The notes under the pieces were generated by a model. The model was not told the DNA's origin, searched no databases, and worked only from the letters and a program-made list of their open reading frames with translations. A DNA stretch of 64,000 nucleotides from Mustelus asterias (Eukaryota), in the NCBI RefSeq assembly GCF_964213995.1, contig NW_027590163.1, positions 1 to 64,000 on the forward strand, in the 5' to 3' direction. Every line of letters starts with the position of its first letter. Within the stretch, counting starts at the first letter, position 1. Positions 11,773-20,686 of this stretch are shown here, piece by piece. Position numbers and translations under genes: made by a program.

Positions 11773-12208
11773 TGCTCACTGCCCTGCCTCCGCTGCATGT
11801 TTAAATTTACCCAAAACTGGTGCCTTTAGCAATGCCGGTGATATTAGAAGTATCAATTTTCCATTTTTAACCTTCCATCTGGATAGAGTTGCAATATCCG
11901 ATAACTGTCAGTACAGGTGCAGTGTATGGAAACATATTAAGTAAACTCTCTTGTTTCCTTGTTCCACACACTGAGTAAAGAAACAAACAGGAAAAATAAC
12001 TGCTTCTCAGACACCGAAGCGGATAGAAATGCAACAGAAAGATGGCTAAACATGAAAAAAAGGAAGATAGAAAGATCTATAATAAGTAGATTTGTTCTTT
12101 GTTCTTTGGATAGATAGACGCATAGATCAGTTAATTCTGTCTATGTACGCAAGCACTTTATTTATCCCTGTATGTATCTTCATGTTAATTGTATTCTTAT
12201 TGTGACAG

Positions 12209-12489
12209 ATGTTCCTTTTCACTCGGAAACATTTCAGGTGTCGCTGAATCGGGTAAAACTGGGACAGACCGTCTCCCTTCACCACAATGTTACTGTCACT
12301 ACAAATGACTTTGTATTCTGGTACCGGCAATTCACCAATCAAGCTCCCGAGTATCTCGTATCCACATTCAGAGATGTAACAGTTGAGGGAAGGTTTAAAG
12401 CATTTGTGGACCGTGTGAAAGGCTTCACTGCTCTCACTGTTAACACGGTTGAGTTGTCAGACGCTGCGGTGTATTACAGTGCAGTGAGG
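12209..12489 (+). pseudogene. TRAV: TCR alpha V exon with open frame but both canonical cysteines replaced
   Basis: Acceptor TTATTGTGACAG. Reads ..GQTVSLHHNV..FWYRQFTNQAPEYLV..GRFKAFVD..LSDAAVYYSAVR. No intact leader donor found. Confidence 0.85.
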
Positions 12490-12528
12490 CACGGTGAAAC
12501 AGAGAGATGAGGAGCCTGTACAATAACT
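12490..12528 (+). other. 23-RSS
   Basis: CACGGTG + 23 nt + ACAATAACT. Confidence 0.9.
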
Positions 12529-12533
12529 CACTC

Positions 12534-12790
12534 ATGATGTGGAGATGCCGGCGTTGGACTGGGGTAAATACGGTAAGAAGTCTTACAACACCAAGTTAAA
12601 GTCCAACAGGTTTATTTGGTAGCAAAAGCCACTAGCTTTCGGAACAGGCTGTTCCTTCGTCAGGTGAGTGGGAGTTCTGATCACAAACAGGGCACAAAGA
12701 CACAAACTCAATTTACATGAATAATGATTGGAATGTGAGTCTTTACAGCTAATCAAGTCTTAAAGGTACAGACAATGTGAGTGGAGGGAG
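12534..12790 (-). mobile_element. Penelope pLTR fragment with 13-bp TSD
   Basis: Reverse complement of the 3' repeat at 4010-4228. TSD CAATAACTCACTC at 12521-12533 and 12791-12803. Confidence 0.9.
12630..12666 (-). ncRNA. Minimal hammerhead ribozyme motif
   Basis: cac-CTGACGA-a-GGAACA gcc TGTTCC-GAAA-GCTA-gtg. Confidence 0.75.
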
Positions 12791-13839
12791 CAATAACTCA
12801 CTCGACATGGGGACAGTGGGCACAACAGCCCATAGACTTTAGAAATGAGTGTGATGCAAGTAAAATCGACAGAAAATGTTCTTGGTCCGAGTAATATGAT
12901 GGGATTGAAAATGCATGTTATTATTTCTAATAATTGAACTTGCAGATTAACACTCAGAAGAAACATGTAAATCATTCTTTGATACATTGGCTGATTGAAA
13001 TTTGGTTGTCATAATTGTTTTATTGTCAGCGAGCTTTCAAAACTTCCGTTCGTTCGAAATGAACAATTCAAGCATATCAGTTGTGGATTTATGAGTTTAT
13101 TAAAGCAAAATTCATCCATCTACACAGCTGAACATGCACTGTGCTAATGGCGCAGGCGCACCTGAAAACTGAGATAAATGATTTGTATCAATACTAAACA
13201 GCAAATGTAGCAAAATCAAAATGACAAAGGCAGCAGATGTCGCAATAACATCAAAGTAATAAAACACATAATAAACTGCAACAATAAAAATCCTGCAATA
13301 TGATGCAGCAACATAAACAAAATTGAGAATCGCTGTATCACAGATGACGCCCCAAGACCTCATCTTTCGCTAAAACTTGCAGAACCGTCAGTTCCCCTGT
13401 CACAGGTGACAGCTGGAGCATTTTGACACCACCACAAACTACAGCGCAAGAGCCGATGTGTGAATTACGGAAGTTCTAAACCAGAAACTTTGGGATCTAT
13501 CCCCAATTCAGGGCATTGTGGCAACAGACATTATCCAGTCACAGAGGTTGATGATCTGTTTGTAAATTCTTCCAATAAGCCGAATGACAAATGATAAGAA
13601 CAGGAGAGTTGCCTGGCCAGCCTTACTGCAGGAGGTGATGGAAACCACTGCAGGACTTTGCCAGGCATAATCATGGAGCAATCAAATGGAATTCTTTGAT
13701 AAACCAGCTCCACCTCAAGTAAGAAAACATATCTTGTAATTAATAGTTTGAGAAATCACCAGGATTTCAGGTTTCATTTCAGACTCACTCTGATCATAAT
13801 GTTTTCCTAACGCTCTGTTATGTTGAGCGAGCCTCTGAC

Positions 13840-13878
13840 AGTTTTTGTACAGGTTCAGCCCAGCTCTGTGTCTCTGTG
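13840..13878 (-). other. 23-RSS
   Basis: CACAGAG + 23 nt + ACAAAAACT on the minus strand. Confidence 0.9.
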
Positions 13879-14302
13879 GGTCTCAGTGCGCAGTAATAAA
13901 CCCCGGAGTCTGCCAGCTCTGTTTTAGACACTTTCAGCGGGACGGTGCGGGTTGTATCATTGAGCTCCGCTAAAAAACGGTCCCCTGAGGATCTCCCTGT
14001 GTTTCCGCTGTATTTATTTGTCTGCAGCAGGAACTCCATGAATCCGCTGGGATACTGACGGTAACCAGAACAAGTATAGAGTGTTCGCACTTGTAGCTGA
14101 ATAATTACAGAACAACCCTACATTGACTCCTTCAGTGACGGCGACTGCAGGTGTCTGTGAAACAGAATCTCCTCGACAATGCCCTGTAAAAACACAAAGG
14201 AATATTAAGTTACACAATGCGCCTGCACTCTGTTTCCCCCAGGACTTGCTCATCAACCTGAACATAACCTCAGAGAGAAATCAGACAGCTGAACAGAAGC
14301 AT
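13879..14302 (-). pseudogene. TRAV: TCR alpha V pseudogene (V exon 14183-13879)
   Basis: HCRGDSVSQTPAVAVTEGVNVGLFCNYSATSANTLYLFW, then a 1-nt insertion, then YRQYPSGFMEFLLQ..LADSGVYYCALRP. Leader MLLFSCLISL* has a GC donor. Confidence 0.9.
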
Positions 14303-14708
14303 ATTTTTCACAGTTCAGTGGCTGGAACGGGAAGGTGCTGGCGGTGATTAAATAAAACTTCCAACATAAACATTCTGTACTTTCTAACGAGATTAGTTCC
14401 TCGCCTTCATTCCCTGTGACTGGAACGGGAAATTGCTCACTGTCTGTGTGTTTGAAAGTCTAGTGATTGTCAAATCATTTTTTGTTATCAGAGAAGTTTG
14501 AATCTCGGCCTAACTTCGAAAATGTGTCGACTGCCATCAAACAGTGTTCAGTGTTGAAATCAGCGAGATCCGAATGACTATTCGAAGTTGGGATCAAGCC
14601 AATCCTCCGATCACCTACCCTCACCCCCTTCCACTGAACGAACTGCCCGATATAATATAGTGTGAGGGAAACATGTGAAACACAGTGTTGAGCAACTTGT
14701 GAACTTAC

Positions 14709-14760
14709 CAGTTAAAAGAGCTGCTGCTGTGAGGAATAAATATAGGGTAACAGGAGACAT
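14709..14760 (-). CDS. Orphan signal-peptide (leader) exon
   Basis: MSPVTLYLFLTAAALLT + G, perfect GTAAGT donor. TGAGTCA and a CRE-like GATGTCAT lie upstream. Confidence 0.7.
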
Positions 14761-15132
14761 GTTTGCAGAGAGCTCGCAGTGGATGTGACCAGAAAGGGTT
14801 GAAGCTGAAATTGTTTTCGTCAAGAGTTGGGAAGAAGTTGAGTCATATCCGGGCCCCTATTGATTGGTTCATTGCTGCCAACCTCATCATATGACATCCA
14901 ATTGGCTTCAAATAATAAAATTCAGTCTCACCAATTCCAATTCAGAATTCTCGGAAGAAGATATTTGGTGAGGTATGTAAATCAACAAGCCCCAAAATGT
15001 TCTCAATGACCCCATTCCAAACCTGATTGAACAGAATCTGATGTGGAGATGCCGGCGTTGGACTGGGGTGAACACAGTAAGAAGTCTCACAACACCAGGT
15101 TAAAGTCCAACAGGTTTATTTGGTAGCAAACA

Positions 15133-15169
15133 CCATAAGCTTTCGGAGCGCTGCTCCTTCGTCAGATGG
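15133..15169 (-). ncRNA. Minimal hammerhead ribozyme motif
   Basis: ccat-CTGACGA-a-GGAGC agc GCTCC-GAAA-GCTT-atgg. Confidence 0.75.
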
Positions 15170-15466
15170 AGTGGAAATGTGCTCTCAAACAGTGCACAGA
15201 GACACAAAATCAAGTTACAGAATACTGAATTAGAATGCGAATCCCTACAGCCAGCCAGGTCTTAAAGATGCAGACAATGCAGATGCAGAAATAGGCAGAG
15301 CCCCCAGGATGGGTAATTAGCAGTAAAAAAAAATTAGCAGACAAGTCCCTCCACCCACATTGTCTCCATCTTTAAGATCTGGTTGGCTGTAGGGATTCGC
15401 ATTCTAATCAGTATTCTGTAACTTGATTTTGTGTCTCTGTGCACTGTTTGAGAGCACATTTTCACT

Positions 15467-15503
15467 CCATCTGACGAAGGAGCAGCGCTCCGAAAGCTTA
15501 TGG
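15467..15503 (+). ncRNA. Minimal hammerhead ribozyme motif
   Basis: ccat-CTGACGA-a-GGAGC agc GCTCC-GAAA-GCTT-atgg. Confidence 0.75.
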
Positions 15504-15574
15504 TGTTTGCTACCAAATAAACCCATTGGACTTTAACCTGGTGTTGTGAGACTTCTTACTGTGAACAGAATCTG

Positions 15575-15588
15575 CCAGCAGAGGGCAC
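15575..15588 (+). promoter_or_regulatory. CTCF motif upstream of a V promoter
   Basis: CCAGCAGAGGGCAC, followed by E-box CACGTG and TGAGGTCA before the V leader region. Confidence 0.6.
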
Positions 15589-15860
15589 CGAATCCCTGCA
15601 TGCTCATTAGAAGGTCACGTGGGTCCAACGCCGAAGCCAAAAGGGATGTGTTCCTGAGTGAGGTCACAATGGGGCTGGTCCCTGCATTGTGTCTCAATCA
15701 TCCCATTCCCATTCACTGAGATACTCAGTCAGACAGACTGGCGGCGCTATGTGACAGTAAGTGAAGAATTATGTTCATTAACACAGTTTAGCAGATTGAC
15801 GACAATAGATTGTAATCTGATTTAATATAGTTCACGGTATATATGTATATAATATATATA

Positions 15861-16198
15861 TCATAGAAATCATAGAAACCCTACAGTACAGAAAGAGGCC
15901 ATTCGGCCCATCGAGTCTGCACCGACCACAATCCCACCCAGGCCCTACCCCCATATCCACCCGCTAATCCCTCTAACCTACACATCTCAGAACACTAAGG
16001 GGCAATTTTAGCATGGCCAATCAACCTAACCCGCACATCTTTGGACAGTGGGAGGAAACCGGAGCACCCGGAGGAAACCCACGCAGACACGAGGAGAATG
16101 TGCAAACTCCACACAGACAGTGACCCGAGCCGGGAATCGAACCCAGGTCCCTGGAGCTGTGAAGCAGCAGTGCTAACCACTGTGCTACCGTGCCGCCC
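15861..16198 (-). mobile_element. HE1/V-SINE inside a V leader intron
   Basis: Near-full copy of the family. Confidence 0.9.
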
Positions 16199-16299
16199 AT
16201 GTATTTATATATGGACAGGTTGTAAAATGGAAACTTACGCACACATACAGATATATCGTTCCTCTTTAACCTTGGACTCTTATTTATCTACTTTTACAG

Positions 16300-16597
16300 G
16301 CGGAATATGTGCAGTAACTCAGTCTCTGGTGCCGTTAACTGTGCAAGAAGAAGGTTTAGCGCAGTTAGATTGTGAATAATCAGATCAACTATGCAATTGC
16401 ATCAGCAGAAATAGGCAGAGCACCCAGGATGGGTAAATAGCACTAAAAAAAATTAGCACTGGGAAAGGGAAAATCTCAGCAACATTTGTGATGGCTGTTG
16501 ACGAGTCTGGTTCCTCAGTATAGGCGGCATGAGCGCGGAGGATGGAACGGCCGATTACTATGCTGTGAGGCACAGCGTCAGGAAAAGCACATAAACC
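16300..16597 (+). pseudogene. TRAV: TCR alpha V pseudogene with short-spacer RSS
   Basis: Acceptor CTTTTACAG. Reads GICAVTQSLVPLTVQEEGLAQLDCE* .. SAEDGTADYYAVR, then CACAGCG (16571-16577) + 11 nt + ACATAAACC. Donor GTAAGT near 15757. Confidence 0.8.
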
Positions 16598-17249
16598 TCA
16601 GCGCATTCGGTCAAATGTTTTTGGGGCCTTTACCTGAGACATTAGTTTCTTTCTAGCTTTACAGAGTCAGGTTTTTATATCAAACGTTTGGATTGCTGTC
16701 CCTGCCCTTGTTGAAATCAATGGGGAGCCTGTCTGGGAAATCAGAATTCATAACTGTACCCCAAGTGATATCAGCTCAGTAAATAACTTGGAACATAGTG
16801 TGCCGGCCGAGGTGGAGAATACCGACAGGCGTGCAGTAATGCCGCTCATTATGGGCTGTTCATCCTGCCAGTTAACTGAAAAGGATCCCAAGGCAGTGAG
16901 TCTGTGTCACTGGGTTCTATATCAAAAACAAAATGTATAAAAGTCTGGGATTGAATTTAACCAATGAAGTGAAAAATGGTCCTTTAGAAAGCAAATCACC
17001 GAACAGCACAACCAGGACATCAGAAAGGTCCTTGGACAGCAACTGTGCCTGGTGTAGATTCGGACAGGCAATAACTCACATCTAACAGTATGTTGTTCCT
17101 TCTCGCCTGAAGTTAAATAAGGAACGCAGATCAGGAATATATTTCACTTACTGGGAGACTGGAGAAAGTTTTCCAGGGACAGCTTTATATAAATGCCCAG
17201 TTCTCTGATGAAGCACAGGCTACAAACATGCCAGGACTGTTCTTCTGCC

Positions 17250-17330
17250 GGTTTTTGTACGACCGATATTGATCTTCACTGCACAGAAATAGGTGGCGGT
17301 GTCTGTGATCTTGGCGTCGCTAACATTTAG
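17250..17330 (-). pseudogene. TRAV: 3' fragment of a TCR alpha V
   Basis: LNVSDAKITDTATYFCAV, then 18 nt, then a perfect nonamer ACAAAAACC; the heptamer is missing. Confidence 0.75.
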
Positions 17331-17944
17331 AACGTTTCGAGTCCAGATGACCCTTCGTTAAATTGTTGTTGTGAGCTGCATTATTTGTGAGAATGAGAGT
17401 GACGGAGTGGGATTGATCCACAGCCAGTGTCACCAGTTTGAGGACAGGAGGGGAGAGAACCTAGAGAGAAGACTAGAAACTGAATCGAGCAATGAGCAGA
17501 GAGGGAGAAGTGTGTGTGGGGCACAGAATTGTTTGCTCTGAATTTATGTCCTGTACTTACACTGATAACTTCTGTAAACTCCTTTTGCAGGGAGTTCGAG
17601 GGAGAGAATTTCCAGATGGGAAAGTCAGAACAAACATCATATCAAAATCTGACAGTCACTTGATTCATCAGGACCTGAATATCATCAACCTCTGAATGTG
17701 GAAGGAGAAATGTTTGTCTGTTCTGTCTGTGGGGAAAGATTTTAAACATCAGTGTAACTGGAAAAGCACCGAGACACACATACACCCGAGTGAGAGTGTT
17801 CCAGTGAACTGACTGTGGAAAGAACTTTAACCATTAAACAGCCTGAAAAAACATCATACCATTCAGTGTGGAGAAATGTACAGGTGTTCTGTGTGAGGCT
17901 CCAACTGATCATCCAACCTGGAGAGACAAATGAATAATTGAATC

Positions 17945-18940
17945 GCGGAGAAAGCGTGGACATATGGTGACTGTGGGATGGGATTAATTTTCCCTTTTGA
18001 ACTGGGACATGATCAATGCAGTCACACTGGGGAGGGACCTTTCACCTTCTCCATGTGTGGAGATGGATTTACTCAGTTATCCAGTCTGTCGACACACCAG
18101 CCAGTTCATACCCAGGAGAGGCTGTTCAGATGCTCCATGTGTGGGAAGGAATTTACTGACTCATGTGACCTCCTGGCTCATGAGCAAGTTCACACTGAGG
18201 AGAGCGCATTCACCAGGCCTGTGTGTGGCAACAAATTCACTCAGTCATCCCAGGTCACTGAACATCAACATGTACACAGTGATCAGAGACTTTTTAAATG
18301 TTCTGACTGTGAGAAGAGCTTTAAAAGCAAGAAGTATCTGCAAATACACCAGCGACTTCACACTGGGGAGAAACCGTTCATCTTGTGTGTGAGTGGGAAG
18401 AGATTTGTTCAGTCATTTGACTTGCTAATTCACCAGCGACATCACATTGGGGTGAGGCCATTCACTTGCTGTGTGTGTGAAAAGGGATTCACTCAACCAC
18501 ACCAGCGAGTTCACACTGAGGAGAGGCCATTTATTTGCTGTGTGTGTGGGAAGGGATTCACTCAGACATCCCACCTTGTGACACACCAGCAGGTTCACAC
18601 TGGGAACAGACCATTCATCTGCTCTGAGAGTGTGAAGGGATTCACTCAGTCATACCAGCTTCTGTTGCACCAGCGAGTTCACATTGGAGAGAGGCCATTC
18701 ACCTGCTCCACGTGTGCTAAGGGATTCATTCAGTGATCAGACAGTCTGGTGCACCAACGAGTTCATACTAAGGAGAGGCTATTCACCTGCTCTGTTTGTG
18801 GGAAAAGAATCTCTCAGTCTTCCCAACTCCTGAAACACCAGCGAGTTCACACTGGGGAGAGGCCATTCACCTGCTCTGAGTGTGGGAAGGGATTCACTCA
18901 GTCATCACACCTTGTGACACACCAGCGAGTTCACAAATGA
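17945..18940 (+). pseudogene. C2H2 zinc-finger pseudogene
   Basis: Same-frame ORFs 17978-18736 and 18749-18940 split by TGA. Several fingers lack Cys or carry deletions; the start is decayed. Confidence 0.85.
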
Positions 18941-19649
18941 CTGCAAGAATTAGATTCTGCTTTTAATCATATTGAAGACTGAATGTGTGGGTTAATCCTG
19001 ATGTGTGTGAGGAAGCCACTCTCTTCCATGGTTTAGAGCTCCTAGATATGGAACAGAAGCTCCTTTACAACTATGTTTAGAGTCAGGAAGAATGCTGGAA
19101 ACATGCTGTCAAATCAGAGATTGGTGTAAAACTGGGATCTGTTCCTGACTGAAAGTAAAACGGCAGGTTTAACTTTACAGTCTGAAAATAGTACGAAGAT
19201 TGAAAATGTTTGTGTGACATTCCTGGATCTACAATGTAAGGTAATGATAACATCAAGTTACATTTCTATCTGGAACCTTTAACCATCTCTCACCTTCCAT
19301 TGACTTCACTGTGATAGAAACTGACTGTTGAAATCTGTCAACATTAGAAACCTATTTCTAAATAATTTGCAGGTTCTTTACCGTTGGGATCTTTCTCTGT
19401 TCGCTCCACTCAAGGTATTAGATACCAGACTTTCTCCTGTGAATATCCAGCTGGAGTATTGGGCTCTGATGTGTTTCTTTGTTCATCTTATTGACTCTAA
19501 ATATTGAACCTTGTAGTTTCAGACACCAGATAATCAAATCCCCAACAACAGATTGTCTTTTACTGACTTTATTAACAGCACTGCAATAATACAGACAGAG
19601 TAATTCCTCACATGGTTCCAGTACTCAGTGAAATACTTATTTTTTATTC

Positions 19650-20022
19650 ATTCATGTGATGTGGATGTCACTGGCTTGGCCAGCATTTAGTACCCACCCT
19701 AATTACCCTTGGACTGAGGAGTTTGCTAGGCCATTGCAGAGGGCATTTAAGAGTCAACCACATTGCTGTGAATCTGGAGTCAAAGATGTGCCAGACCAGG
19801 TAAGGATGGCAGATTTCCTTCCCTAAACACATTCGTGAACCAGATGGGGTTTTTTTTACAACAATCGACAACAGTTTCATGGTCATGAGACTTTTAACTC
19901 CAGATTTTTATTGAATTCAGATTTCACCACCTGCCGTGGTGGGATTCGAACCCTGGTCCCTGAAGTATTACCTGGGACTCTTGATTACTAGTCCAGCGAC
20001 AATATCACTCTGCCACTGCCTG
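19650..20022 (-). mobile_element. DeuSINE (SacSINE1-like)
   Basis: tRNA-like head GGCAGTGGCAGAGTG..GGGTTCGAATCCCACC and core CACAGCAATGTGGTTGACTCTTAA; paralogous to 27849 and 30683. Confidence 0.75.
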
Positions 20023-20686
20023 CCTTTTATATGAAATTTATCTGCATCCCCGAGCCTGTAATGGTGTATTGGTCTGTAATTTTAACATAATCTAATTCAA
20101 TATTCCTTCTTTAATATCCTGTCTACCACTTCCCTATTACCTGGTGAATTTGTTAATTGTTATTATTACTGGATTGTCACAGGTTTCCATGTGTTTAACA
20201 TGATTATTTGGTCTGTACCTGAATTTTATGATTTTTTGATATAAGTTACACAGCAATTCAGCCTTGTGGCTGTGAGCCTGTTTCTTGAATGAAATATCAT
20301 TCGATTTAAAAAGTTACCCAGTCTGCAGAACAGAGATAATACAGTGGATTCAGAACTCTCTCCTCCTCAGCTCTGATCTAACAAGCTGCAGCTACACTAG
20401 AGATATTCATGTTTAAATTGTTCACGACAGTTGTGATCTGACCCTGTTCAAACTGTAACCAGAATGATATCTGTGCATTGTTCTGAGTGTGAGCACAGGT
20501 TGTGTCACTGTCACAAACAGATACCATTTCCTTGGTTCATATCTCCACACAAAGACCAGCTCTTTACACATCCCCTTTCTGCACAATCACAGCAACATGA
20601 GCAAGGATATGAGGCTCATTACTTTTCACCCACATTTCATAACAGCAAAGGCTCCACTGTACAGGAGCACACTGACTGGAGAAGAG

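Larger units (their letters stand above)
15041..15561 (-). mobile_element. Fold-back Penelope pLTR insertion with 13-bp TSD
   Basis: Inverted arms 15073-15279 and 15358-15563. TSD TGAACAGAATCTG at 15028-15040 and 15562-15574. Confidence 0.9.
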
